DNA of 64,000 bases, from contig JABDFM010000001.1 of the NCBI GenBank assembly GCA_013286565.1, positions 13,500 to 77,499 of the forward strand, read 5' to 3'. Made by a program: the position numbers and the translations under genes. This stretch comes from Bacteroidota bacterium (GTDB lineage: Bacteria; Bacteroidota; Bacteroidia; Sphingobacteriales; Sphingobacteriaceae). Positions 18,601-28,221 of the stretch are shown piece by piece. Each line of letters begins with the position of its first letter. Within the stretch, counting starts at the first letter, position 1. The notes under the pieces were generated by a model. That model had not been told where the DNA came from. It saw only the letters and a program-made list of their open reading frames with translations, and did not search any database.

Positions 18601-21375
18601 CTGCCAGCATTCAACCAGGAAAGAACAGCTATTATTTACAGTATCATAAAATGCTTCATAAAGCCGCCTGAACGTCCGGTTTCCTGAATCCGTTTTCAGC
18701 ATAGTGATGATGCAATTGGCATCCAAACTGATCTGGATCTTAAAATCTTTGCCGACCGTAAAATTCAGCAAGGGATTTACGTCCGGTATCTGGTCTGTAA
18801 TTCCTGCCGGTTTCTCGGGACGGGCGACGACAGCCGCCAGGTTCGTAATTTGCTGGCTGTAGCCAAGCGGTACAGTGAGCGGCGGCGTTTCGGTCATCCT
18901 GTAGGCAAACTCATCCTCCAGGTAGCCTTTGATACTATATTGCTCTCCGCCATGTTTGTAAAGGAGGTAACGATTGTTTTCCCCTGCGTCCGGATCGCTG
19001 TTGCTTTCATTGTTGAAGGCGTGGGTCAGTTCGTACAGGTGGCCGGTTATGTTACCGGCTGTATCCGGAATGTCGGCATAAGGCAAAAACGCATCGGCAT
19101 TGTTCACACTTAGGCTGACGGACCCATCGCTATTTACCAGGTCCGCCCTGAATTTTTTGAAGTTGGAAAAATGTCCCTTCAGGATATGTTTCGGTTTGGA
19201 GTTGTCGGCTGCAAGCGTAGCGGGCAGCTTCAGATCCAGCTGTAAAAGGGACGAAAAGCTATTGACAGATAAATTGAACTTGAACTTGAAGAAATTCTCA
19301 AGCGCCAGGAACACATTGCTCTGGTCTGAGGGTTGGGTAAGTTTGTTAAAAAGAAAATTTCCCCCTCCCGGAGCTGGCAGGTCAGCAATTTTCGGGTTCC
19401 GGACCATCAGGTCAACGGATACGGTTTTTTCTCCCTTATCCGATTTTGCCGCGTCAATCGGCGGCGGAAAAATAGCTTGAAGGTCTTGTTTAGTAAATAT
19501 ACGGAACAGGTCGGTACTGCCGGGTGCGGTTAGTACAAAGCTGCTATTGTCAAGGGGAATATATCGGTTCAGTTTACTGCCCGGATGCGCCGGATCTGGT
19601 GCCTGGTAAACCAGTGCGGCGTCCAGCGTTCCCATGGAAGCTTGTGCAAAGATTACGTTTAAACCGGTGAGGTCATCCGGATGAATGCCGGACGTACCGC
19701 AGGATATCTTATATATTTGCTTTGGAGCGGCGGTGCCCGGGGCGAGAGGCAGTATGACTTGTTTAAGCTGGGCCTTGATAATGGCAATCGGTGTAACACC
19801 AGGATTAGCCGCCGCTGTCGTGTTTCCGGGCGCAAACTGGCCGTTCTTGAAAAGCTCCGCGGTAGTGATCCATGACCTTTGCAGCGGGAAGTATAGAAAT
19901 TTAGCTGATGTGGCTGCTACTGCAGCTGCGGGTTCAAGTTCATCCAGCAAGTGCCTGGGCACGTTAAGGAGGGCGATTGTGCCCGAATTGTCCGGTTTAC
20001 TTACAGGGATCGCCGGGTCGGTTTTGTTCCCGAGCAAACTGCTTGCCGGGTAGTACCTGGCCTTGCCGGTATTCCGCTGGCTGCCGTCGTCGGTAAGCAG
20101 CGTAAACGCCTGGGTAAAATCGCTCCGTTTGTAATTGACCATCCAGTCCGTAGCGATCGTATTGAACATCGCAATAAAATTTTGGTTATCAGGATTAGTT
20201 TCCGGGTTTGCGAGTGCAAAGGCCGCAGTGCCGTTGATGGTCAATGAAAAATTGGTTTCCCATCCGGGAGTTGCAAATACCGTCCTGGGCACAGCGATCA
20301 CGTGTCCTGGAAGGGAATAGCCGTTTGAAATCAACCAACCGCTGTCTGTACCCTGCGGATTCACGTCATCGAATACCTGCATAAAGAAGTTTTCCTTTCC
20401 GGCTGGAAACGCCGGAACCCGCAAGCGTTCGCCTCCGCCGTAAAATAACCGGATCTGATTAGCAAGGCTTGCACCGGCGGTATATGGATCGGTAGGTTTA
20501 TGGGCGGCCTGGAAACCGGCATAAGCTGTTTTAAACTGGTTCCAAAGAATGGCCAGGTAATGCATGTCGGTACCGAGTAAGTCATTGATGTGCTGGTCGC
20601 CGCCGGCCCCCGATTGCAAGTTCAGTAAGGCCTGCTGGTTAAATTTGATCAATGGTGCGACCATGCCTTTATCCTGATCGTTATTTATATTTAGCCCCAA
20701 AGTCGCTGCATAGGCAAGATATTGACTGCATAACAGGTTCATTTGGTCAAAAGTGACCGGAATATCTTTAGTGTTTTGAAAATAAGCCAGTACCGCAGCC
20801 TTCGTTAAAGGCGCCTTTAGCCAGTTATCCAGTTGGATGATCTGTGCTTCTTTTGGCAGGGGTGCGCCGTTGGCCAAATCGCCGTTGGCATGCCTGCCGT
20901 TTAACAGCCTGAACAGCAATCCGCTGACAAAGGTTTCCAAAGTAAGGACCTGTGCGGGTGTGAGCGAAGCAAAATATTTAGCAGGATCAAGTTCGGCAAA
21001 ACTGCCGTTCTTGTATATCCAGTTGATCCGTTCGACGTTGTCCCGGAACACGTAACCGATATCGGCGTTCGAAAATACGCTCGTGCCGATGTTTAAGTTC
21101 AGGGAGGTGCCTTCAGGAAACGGGGCAGGGGTAGCCGCTACGGTTGTGCCCGCCTCGACTGCTGCGGCCAGCACGTTATCTGAACCCAGGTAAGTATATT
21201 GATACCCGTCAGCGGGTACGGAATTTATATATTTCACCAGATTAGGGAACGCTGTTGCATCGGCGTCAATGATCACCGGAACAATCAACAGGTAGATATT
21301 GTCGTCGCCGTGAACCGTTGCTTGGTCGAAAAACGGTTTGGGAGCAAAGGGGTTGATAATAAAATTAATTCTCAT
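15631..21375 (-). CDS. Giant hypothetical protein (1914 aa), no signal peptide
   Basis: Uninterrupted 5.7-kb ORF 15 bp downstream of the 1929-aa gene; Pro/Ala/Asn-rich; no motif recognised. Confidence 0.9.
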   Translation of the reverse strand: MRINFIINPFAPKPFFDQATVHGDDNIYLLIVPVIIDADATAFPNLVKYINSVPADGYQYTYLGSDNVLAAAVEAGTTVAATPAPFPEGTSLNLNIGTSVFSNADIGYVFRDNVERINWIYKNGSFAELDPAKYFASLTPAQVLTLETFVSGLLFRLLNGRHANGDLANGAPLPKEAQIIQLDNWLKAPLTKAAVLAYFQNTKDIPVTFDQMNLLCSQYLAYAATLGLNINNDQDKGMVAPLIKFNQQALLNLQSGAGGDQHINDLLGTDMHYLAILWNQFKTAYAGFQAAHKPTDPYTAGASLANQIRLFYGGGERLRVPAFPAGKENFFMQVFDDVNPQGTDSGWLISNGYSLPGHVIAVPRTVFATPGWETNFSLTINGTAAFALANPETNPDNQNFIAMFNTIATDWMVNYKRSDFTQAFTLLTDDGSQRNTGKARYYPASSLLGNKTDPAIPVSKPDNSGTIALLNVPRHLLDELEPAAAVAATSAKFLYFPLQRSWITTAELFKNGQFAPGNTTAAANPGVTPIAIIKAQLKQVILPLAPGTAAPKQIYKISCGTSGIHPDDLTGLNVIFAQASMGTLDAALVYQAPDPAHPGSKLNRYIPLDNSSFVLTAPGSTDLFRIFTKQDLQAIFPPPIDAAKSDKGEKTVSVDLMVRNPKIADLPAPGGGNFLFNKLTQPSDQSNVFLALENFFKFKFNLSVNSFSSLLQLDLKLPATLAADNSKPKHILKGHFSNFKKFRADLVNSDGSVSLSVNNADAFLPYADIPDTAGNITGHLYELTHAFNNESNSDPDAGENNRYLLYKHGGEQYSIKGYLEDEFAYRMTETPPLTVPLGYSQQITNLAAVVARPEKPAGITDQIPDVNPLLNFTVGKDFKIQISLDANCIITMLKTDSGNRTFRRLYEAFYDTVNNSCSFLVECWQFDNSVGIVPAGLAAHPELSGKMANIINQMVLTDSFQDSTDISTLVAWATAAPDFLTFKGMVSAPPNISPVTLIVPAAKIASITGADVIRVSLRINRVSDKTVAKLFPPAAAGQPPVIQDSDLLPLDYTDDQGNELPNSDFENLPKARRYLTDYIYPPNNPANQLFTSAAYIYSSQYSALRTVNDGSNYIKELLGEMASFAYVPAPGYFAGKPVTNTQLYYVPYAFLPLMPLPQMGSQQATTDLTEYLVTILSWLSYPESFSGNINDFIIFDTSGLSEQGLLSLKNQARQLLQSGLAVKMAGLIDHVDNRAAAAIPVPPELAEVVLLTDDAAHNTLPAIVSAFTSLLIDNPLLFITAKGFGVGLFSAEGAIPAIQPKMNDLYLLQLIKDIRDSSQLLTDPAKNYDVSLFNFHNFLQNDTHRFFVEVLDDELYDDEFKISESISDSPVIVPGDAAAPQIATQGRTAEDVLQNQTPFNATVPQRTAQIFTKHYNPDWNVGLQAGGNVQYYLLPSRKAPVTPVSVKNVNFLATASNVVQEPLTIFKSFVPDDQEWQLILNTNKTLLVALDKNAPASFTFDGNTYYNDQLFTTGNPLPTDDTWRRIDAYVNNYFFIVEGDEELSLNNDMIEVLVSATTPGQQAMESSGSPGGLFPSGSISDAYLANFDFYAHKNSAPHPPTVTIAGAVDITNNIDFLRDAVNALLVPSGGDLPDQADSQSSMFNPGGKNILYAPSGIAPLGGVLFTQVFPQDIPTTPATATGRKFLIRVAVLTDAWSYFKCRMRIKRNWRHVDRSSDLKNLPKNDINPKFTMTSAFSSWIDYGIQTFNVDYVESQQIGDMFSYFKYLKVDMLSIDAYINNPTQRNMPGLLTNTLKLAGTTRLLLANLFDQATWPFEALVYERKGNNLLAQYTPTKPAEEIIDINTAYAEISALVILSRQAVISNPAAFGLDLIVNPLSPNIKGYAPFIKITWFSKLDNNIPVFSINWQLKFSNF

Positions 21376-21390
21376 GATGATCAGCTGTTA

Positions 21391-24300
21391 TTAATTTAAT
21401 GCAATATTTGCCGCCACGCCATAGGACAACATTCCCGAAACTGAAAAATGCGCGTGGAAAAACCCAAAACTAACACTGCACTCTGCATGAAACGATACGC
21501 TAAGGGTGGCAGAAAAAGCGAGTGAACTATGGCCGGCCGGGACATAATCGAGCGTTCCGGCGATGGCGGCGACGACTTGCGCCCTAAGTACCGCCGTAAT
21601 AACCCAAAGGTTGATCCCGCCTTCCGCGTATGCGTAGATACCAATGACCCCGGTGACCGATATTTCCTTGATCCCGGCATACGGACTGGTACCGGACGTG
21701 CCGAACGTAATGGTTACCGCACCTGTCAAAACCATGGTGACTGATATGCCGGCATCCGCATAGGCGATCGCTGTCCGGGCGCCAATATGATAGCCATAGG
21801 AAAATGCGATACCCGCGCTCAGCGTAATATCGGTTGTTCCGGTATTGGGCACATGGATCGTTGTTTTCTGGATAAAAAAACCGAATCGGATCTCGTAGAC
21901 ACCTGCGGGGAAGCTAAAGGTGCGCTCCCATAAATAGGTATTCCCGGTTTTCCATGGAAAACCGAAGTCAAAAAGAAAATCCTGGTTGATGGCTGTCTCA
22001 AGGGCTACCAGCCCTGATTTAAGCTGACCGAAAAAATTCAGTGCCGGGAGCGGCAGTTCGACGCGGAACTTATCCTGGTCACGTGTATCGCCAGGAATAT
22101 AGGCGAGCGTAAATTGGTCTACGCCAAATATCGCTTTGAACCAGGGTTGCGAAGAAGCCAGGTTAACCCCGTAATAATGCTGGTCCTGAAAGATGATGGC
22201 GCAGTTATCCAGAATCCCGGCCAAGGAGAAGGCACCGCCGAACAACCAGCTTTCCGCCCGGGTAAAAAGGATATTATCGATACCCACACCCGGTTTATAA
22301 TTGAGTTTAGCTTTAAGCAAACCGCCGAGGTCGTTCGCCTGGGCCGGGCGCATTAATGCATTTAAGACATCCGGGCTGATGTCGAGGTTATGTGCGACCA
22401 GCGCCCAAAGGATGGAAAAAGGGCCGAATGATTGTTCTATATCCGCAAAGCCCAAAAATCCATTATCGGGATGCGTGGGATTGGCTTTGTCAATCGTGCT
22501 GCTGTGTAAAAATAACAAGCTAAGGCCCTTGCTGCCGAACAACGACCAGTCAAGTATCTTCAGTTGCGCATTGTCAACGCTGATTGCTGTGACGGGGGTG
22601 TTGCTTTGTGTTAAAAGATTGGGGCCAACGTCAAAGTTGTCGATATGCAAGGACAGGAACCGGAAAAAGTCAATGTCGATCTGCTGGCCGCCGGCGCCGT
22701 CGATACCAAAAAAAGGTACCAGACCGGCGGTTGGGCTTGCACCGTTATGCGAAAAACCTAAAACGCCATCCAGTTGAAAGCTGTTGCTGCCGGTACCACC
22801 AAGTATCGGAAGATTCCCGAAGGTTATAGAAAGGGAGATATAACTGGCCATTCCGCCAGCTTGCGGCGCTTTTATCCAAAGCCTGGGACCGCTGAATTGA
22901 TTAAAATTGTTCCCGGTAAAGTCTTTGATATAGCCGATGCCTTTGGCCAAGAGCTCCAGCCCTAAATAATTGATGGAGCGCGGTTTGTCGATGACGAATT
23001 CTATGCTCCCGATGTCAAAATTGACGTACTGGGCGAGTCCCATCCGCGTGTTCCCGGAGCCGTCTGGCAGGATGATGCGGAAATTATTCAGGTTGAGCGC
23101 GCTCCCTTCAATACCGACAACTGGCGTGAAGTCCTGGAACGTCAGGCTGCCATCGATCGAGAGGAGGGACCGCTGGTTTTTCCTTTCAGCTTTGATCCCC
23201 CTTAAAATTAGCTGATTAAAGAAGCCGAAATTGAGCGTATATACTAAAGGTGTTGCAAGGAGCGCGGCAAATTGAAAATCCGGAGTCGTATTGTCGCCCG
23301 GTTTCTTTTGCGGAACTGTTCCCAGAATGGTTATTCGGTGTGTCAGGTCGAGCGGGTCAGTACCCTTACCAAACAGGTTGCGCGTGCTGAGGTAAAACAT
23401 GATCTCACCCGCTTCCAGTGTTGTGTTTTTAATGGTCGCATCAAATTTAACCAGGGTAAGCAATGCATCACTGTCCTGGGAAGGCGTTACTGCCGCAGGA
23501 TCGTTCTGTTCAAAAATACGTGCGTAAACATCCAGCTTCTGCATGCTTGCCGGGTTGGTCCCGCCAACTGCCGCATAAGGCATTTTGATTGAGCTGCGCC
23601 CGGCAAGCTGTTTTACCAGCGGGTCCCGGCTGATGTCCGCTAATGGGTTCAGGATCAGGAGTCCTCGCCATTCATTGGTCAGTATTCCTTCATCGATCAT
23701 GGCGACCAGGGCATCAATATCGGGCTGCGTCCCAAGCGGGCCTTTTCCGTCCTTGGTATTTGCCAGGTTTATTTCCGAAAGGATTTGGGCAAAGCCGATG
23801 TCATTGGCAAGTTTCAGGACAAACACGCTGGTATCTTGGAACACAAAATTCCATTTTTTGTCAGAACCATCGTCATTTTTCTCACTGAAAGCGGAAAGGC
23901 CATAATTCTGCAGATGCAGCCGGTCGGTCAATTTAGTAAACTGGTCGAGCGCCGCTAGGTCCACCTTAAAGCCGACATGCTTGCTGTAAACCAGGTATTT
24001 CGGCGGATCTACCTTCAGGTCGGCAAGTGTAAAATCCAGGTGGAATTTAGTTTTGATATAGGTGATCAACGCGGCCTTCAAATAGGCCCTGTTACCATAG
24101 GACTTTACTAAATTCAGCACTTCAAAGGAAACCTGTTTAAACTGTGCTTCGTAGTCCGCCATTACCACGGTCCAGTCATTATACTGATCGATCAGTGAAA
24201 GCACGAGTTGAATGGTATCCCAGTTATCAGCTAATATTTGCGTCAGGGTATTGTCGAGGCCGGCCGCAACGGCATCATTCCAGGATTTTACCTGGACGCC

Positions 24301-27180
24301 GTAGGTGTTGTTGAGGTAAGATGCAATTTTCTCATAAAGTACCTGTTGCGTGGCTGCCGGTAAGGCAAGAAATGCGGCCTTAAATGTGGCTGCGCTCACC
24401 GAGCCGCCCACAATGGTGGCAAGCGCCGTCTTGTTCGCATTCCAGAAATTGTACCATCCGTCAATGATCAGAAAGAAGTTATAGATTTGTTCCTCATAAC
24501 TCCGGAGCAGCTCAATCGTATCCCCGCTGAGCCCCTGGACAATGCGGTCGATCAGACTGCTGACCAGCGTGGTTAATTCGTTAACAATCGCCTGGGTCAA
24601 TAGCTGTGTCAGGCAATTGATCACCGCAGGCTCACTGTCCGCGATCAGGCGCTGATAGAGACGCACGTCAAACTGGCGGCCGTATTTATTAAAAAGATAG
24701 TCCGAGGTAAGCCCCCCGCAACCGATATTGCCACTGAATTTATTCCATAATGCGGCCAACTCATTAAAATAAGGGTTGATCCCCTCCTGGGCAGAGGTGA
24801 TCACCTGGGAAACCTCATCACCAATGGCGGTATCGGCTACAGTAAAAATCGGCTGAAAATATTTTCTTATGATTTGAACAGCATCGTAAGCTGCTGTTTT
24901 GTCAGTCAGTATCCGCGCAAAATCATTGACCAGTTGCCAGTCGCAAGGTTTGTAGATATAATCGAACAAAGCGTTTAATGCAATGTCCACATCAGCCGAA
25001 GCGGCACTTACCCCCGCGTCCCAGTAAACCTGAAGGTCGGTGATCGCCCCATTTATGTCTCTGTCTGCTTTTTTAAGCACGGCTGACAGCGTGTTTTTTG
25101 CCAGGTTTATATATTGTCCCAAGCCTGGAATAGCATCAGGGTTTCCATTAAGCAGTATTCGTAACTGCTGAAAAAAATGTGCCTTAGTATCGTCGGACGT
25201 TAACAGTATTTTGATCTGCAGCCGGTAGAAACCACCAAAAACGTTGACCCTGATCCCTTGTTCGGTTGGTAGCACATTATCAAGGAACTGCCGCACGGTG
25301 AAAATCGCACAGGCAGCTTCTTTAAGCTGCGGGCTCGTATCACTTAAATGAAAAGAAAACTGGTTCCATATCCGTTGTAATTGCTTGAATGAATTAATGG
25401 CTGCTGACGGAAGATCAGGGGACGGCGCTGTCATGTTTTGCCAGCCCTGCGGTGCAGGGTTTTGTGTGCCGTGTTTGAAATCTACCGGCTTGGCTGCGAT
25501 TTGAGGGGGTAGTACGACAGTATCGGTTATGACAATCGTTTTACCTCCTGGATGGACCAAAAAATTTTGCAAGGGCTGCTGGGGACCGTTAGCATAATTT
25601 CTCCTGAAACCGCTAATGTGCAATTCATCCGATACGCTAAAATTAATATCCGGCCCGGTAAATAAAGCGTTTAAATTTTGAATCGTTGATACGACAGCTT
25701 TCGTTATCTCCGGCTGCGCGATCGCGGCGGCACTTAAATTTGGATTATAGATATTGGAAATAGACAAAGAATAATTATAAGCGGGCAACGCTACGGTAGG
25801 AACATTTTGGCCGTTGACCGCCAGGTTTTTATAATTGATATCGACCGGGCCTGTCGGCGCCGGTGTTACCTGGCTGTTAACCTCATGTTCTTCGTAATTG
25901 CTGAAAAAACTCCATTTGTCTGTCGGAAACAAAAACGAAATATGGTGGTAGACATCATCACCCTGGTACTGGATGGGTGTGGAGGTAATATCAAAAAAGC
26001 GGTTATCCGTTTTTTGGCGGCGGCCAACAATCCCCCGGTTCACGCCATAAATTTCATCAGGTTCTTTTTCATAGAACTGCACAATAGGCTGCTTTAGCCA
26101 AAAAGGGGATTGCAGTTGTTTGGTGACATCATTGATACCATCAAACCCAATATTATGATGCTGGACCTCGCGCGCTGCCCAATCGATCGACGAGTGGTGG
26201 ATGGAATTAAGCATCCCATCTGTAATATCACCGATGCTGATCCCCTCAATAGTCTTTTGCAGATCGTCGGTGTCCTTTTGCGGATAAAGGGTAAGCAAAC
26301 CGGTCCTGAATTTCAGGGGGATGACCGCAGAGCTGGTATTGATCACTACGGGGCTGCCGTTCTGATCCGCATAATGGAACAACAATAGCGCCGGCTTAAC
26401 ATCATTGTCAGGATGTTTCGTCCAAAAGACAATACCATCCGGCAAAGCCGTCGTTTTGCTCAAACAAAGCACCCCGTTGCACAGGCCAAACTGGTATTGA
26501 ATAAGGTTATTGATATACGCCTGGTCAAACGTGGTGAAAACATCCGGGTGTATCGGCAGGTAATGAAGCTCGGGGGCGAGGTAGATATTATAATTATTAT
26601 TATCCCACAGTATTATCTTTTCAAATAATAATTTCTGGCCAAATTCAATACCATTTATTTCGGCTAAATCCTCCACATATATTTTGTCAGTTACGGAAAA
26701 GGTATAGTCATTACCGCAATAAAGTTCAATGCTCCCGTCCTTAGGAATGGGGATAAAGTTTTTTAAGACAATTCCCGGATTTTTTGCGGGAAAAATAAGT
26801 GTATTGAACTTAACGAACCCCGGTGAAAGCAAGATATTATAGAGGCTGTCATTAATACCCTGGCTGATTTGCCCACTGAAAGAGAGAACGAGATTTTGGT
26901 CGAAGGTAGCTGTTAAAGCGGTTACCGCAGCACCAAAAAGACTGACCTCAATGTTGCCTCCGATCGTAGTTACCTTGGTATTCACGTCAAAAGTAATGCC
27001 CGTGTTCAACGGGAAATGATACTTGAAAACGCCTTTATCAATGTTTACATCAATTTTAAACAGAACCTGCAGCTTTCCGAGATTCAGCGAAGCGTCAACG
27101 GCTGGGGTGCCGTTGACTTCGAACGAAACGGTCTGGCCATCCTGTAGCTGGGCTTGCCATCCAAAAAGCGTAAATGTCAT
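21391..27180 (-). CDS. Giant hypothetical protein (1929 aa): beta-rich termini, central helical region, no signal peptide
   Basis: Uninterrupted 5.8-kb ORF. The C-terminal ~700 aa has alternating hydrophobic/Gly-rich beta-strand patterning; roughly aa 600-1050 looks amphipathic-helical. Confidence 0.9.
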   Translation of the reverse strand: MTFTLFGWQAQLQDGQTVSFEVNGTPAVDASLNLGKLQVLFKIDVNIDKGVFKYHFPLNTGITFDVNTKVTTIGGNIEVSLFGAAVTALTATFDQNLVLSFSGQISQGINDSLYNILLSPGFVKFNTLIFPAKNPGIVLKNFIPIPKDGSIELYCGNDYTFSVTDKIYVEDLAEINGIEFGQKLLFEKIILWDNNNYNIYLAPELHYLPIHPDVFTTFDQAYINNLIQYQFGLCNGVLCLSKTTALPDGIVFWTKHPDNDVKPALLLFHYADQNGSPVVINTSSAVIPLKFRTGLLTLYPQKDTDDLQKTIEGISIGDITDGMLNSIHHSSIDWAAREVQHHNIGFDGINDVTKQLQSPFWLKQPIVQFYEKEPDEIYGVNRGIVGRRQKTDNRFFDITSTPIQYQGDDVYHHISFLFPTDKWSFFSNYEEHEVNSQVTPAPTGPVDINYKNLAVNGQNVPTVALPAYNYSLSISNIYNPNLSAAAIAQPEITKAVVSTIQNLNALFTGPDINFSVSDELHISGFRRNYANGPQQPLQNFLVHPGGKTIVITDTVVLPPQIAAKPVDFKHGTQNPAPQGWQNMTAPSPDLPSAAINSFKQLQRIWNQFSFHLSDTSPQLKEAACAIFTVRQFLDNVLPTEQGIRVNVFGGFYRLQIKILLTSDDTKAHFFQQLRILLNGNPDAIPGLGQYINLAKNTLSAVLKKADRDINGAITDLQVYWDAGVSAASADVDIALNALFDYIYKPCDWQLVNDFARILTDKTAAYDAVQIIRKYFQPIFTVADTAIGDEVSQVITSAQEGINPYFNELAALWNKFSGNIGCGGLTSDYLFNKYGRQFDVRLYQRLIADSEPAVINCLTQLLTQAIVNELTTLVSSLIDRIVQGLSGDTIELLRSYEEQIYNFFLIIDGWYNFWNANKTALATIVGGSVSAATFKAAFLALPAATQQVLYEKIASYLNNTYGVQVKSWNDAVAAGLDNTLTQILADNWDTIQLVLSLIDQYNDWTVVMADYEAQFKQVSFEVLNLVKSYGNRAYLKAALITYIKTKFHLDFTLADLKVDPPKYLVYSKHVGFKVDLAALDQFTKLTDRLHLQNYGLSAFSEKNDDGSDKKWNFVFQDTSVFVLKLANDIGFAQILSEINLANTKDGKGPLGTQPDIDALVAMIDEGILTNEWRGLLILNPLADISRDPLVKQLAGRSSIKMPYAAVGGTNPASMQKLDVYARIFEQNDPAAVTPSQDSDALLTLVKFDATIKNTTLEAGEIMFYLSTRNLFGKGTDPLDLTHRITILGTVPQKKPGDNTTPDFQFAALLATPLVYTLNFGFFNQLILRGIKAERKNQRSLLSIDGSLTFQDFTPVVGIEGSALNLNNFRIILPDGSGNTRMGLAQYVNFDIGSIEFVIDKPRSINYLGLELLAKGIGYIKDFTGNNFNQFSGPRLWIKAPQAGGMASYISLSITFGNLPILGGTGSNSFQLDGVLGFSHNGASPTAGLVPFFGIDGAGGQQIDIDFFRFLSLHIDNFDVGPNLLTQSNTPVTAISVDNAQLKILDWSLFGSKGLSLLFLHSSTIDKANPTHPDNGFLGFADIEQSFGPFSILWALVAHNLDISPDVLNALMRPAQANDLGGLLKAKLNYKPGVGIDNILFTRAESWLFGGAFSLAGILDNCAIIFQDQHYYGVNLASSQPWFKAIFGVDQFTLAYIPGDTRDQDKFRVELPLPALNFFGQLKSGLVALETAINQDFLFDFGFPWKTGNTYLWERTFSFPAGVYEIRFGFFIQKTTIHVPNTGTTDITLSAGIAFSYGYHIGARTAIAYADAGISVTMVLTGAVTITFGTSGTSPYAGIKEISVTGVIGIYAYAEGGINLWVITAVLRAQVVAAIAGTLDYVPAGHSSLAFSATLSVSFHAECSVSFGFFHAHFSVSGMLSYGVAANIALN

Positions 27181-27184
27181 AGGT

Positions 27185-28186
27185 TTACTTTTTAAATCTT
27201 AAGCGTTTAACCTCATTTGGAAATAACTTTCTCAATTCGTCCTCTTTAATATACCGTTTGTGTTTGGCATCATTTATAAAGGGCCTACCTTCATAATTAT
27301 TGTAGGTAACCTGCGTATTCTCACCGCTATTGCTGACAAAGAAACGCCGACATTGCCCTTTGATCTTTACGAGTTTCAACTTAAACTTTTGCTGGTCCGG
27401 GTTCATTCCGGGTATAAATATGTTGGAGTAGTACCAATCGTATATCGACCAAAGGCTTAATGGATAAGATGGCTTATTTTTATACTTAACCGCATTAATT
27501 TCAACTGACCATGAAATATGGGAGAAGTAAGGGCCGTTCGCTACATAAAAATTTCCATTCGGTAAATTCGTTTGCCAATCCGGGGAATCAAATAAATTCT
27601 CGAATATTTTTTCACTTTGGGGGTTGCCTTCTATTAAATCAACCTCTTTTTGAGGCAGTTTGCCATTGAAAGCCAAGAGTTTCGGATCGGCATCGGTTTT
27701 GCTGAAATCAACTTCTACCCTGATATCTGAGCCTGCAGCTTTTTCCAGGTATATATTCTTCATCACATAATTCCAGAGGTTCACCAAATCCCCGTTAGTG
27801 AAATGATTGCCCGCTCCAGGTGCTATCAAGTTAGTCTGCAAAGCCGTATACAAAAAGTCTTTTTCATACCCCTTCAATTCTCCGTCAGGTCCAATTAGCC
27901 GGACGGGGATATCATGCTTAACCGATATGGGGGTCAATAACGCGGATTTTGATAACGCTAAGTAGGCTATTGCATGAACAACATCTCCAAAACATATTTT
28001 TCTCTTAATAACGCCGGGGAAACTTGTTTCGGCCCAATCGCCGGCATTTTTCCAGTCATTGTCGATGGTAAAAGATTGCCGGTGGATGTTGCAAACCGTG
28101 CAGATAGCCGAGGTATCGATTTGCCCGCTCGCCCTAATAAAAATAAGACAAACGGCGCTCGTTATTAAAAAAGTAATTTTTTTCAT
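27185..28186 (-). CDS. Secreted hypothetical protein
   Basis: Sec signal MKKITFLITSAVCLIFIRASG; CTVC near the mature N-terminus; 4 bp from the next gene. Confidence 0.8.
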   Translation of the reverse strand: MKKITFLITSAVCLIFIRASGQIDTSAICTVCNIHRQSFTIDNDWKNAGDWAETSFPGVIKRKICFGDVVHAIAYLALSKSALLTPISVKHDIPVRLIGPDGELKGYEKDFLYTALQTNLIAPGAGNHFTNGDLVNLWNYVMKNIYLEKAAGSDIRVEVDFSKTDADPKLLAFNGKLPQKEVDLIEGNPQSEKIFENLFDSPDWQTNLPNGNFYVANGPYFSHISWSVEINAVKYKNKPSYPLSLWSIYDWYYSNIFIPGMNPDQQKFKLKLVKIKGQCRRFFVSNSGENTQVTYNNYEGRPFINDAKHKRYIKEDELRKLFPNEVKRLRFKK

Positions 28187-28221
28187 ACAAATGCTTTAAT
28201 CGTAATTAACTATAAAACCTG

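Noticed and set aside
15631-27180. Giant proteins as T9SS cargo, RHS/YD toxins or NRPS/PKS
   Set aside because: No signal peptide, T9SS C-terminal domain pattern, YD repeats, RHS core motif or adenylation/ketosynthase motifs were seen.
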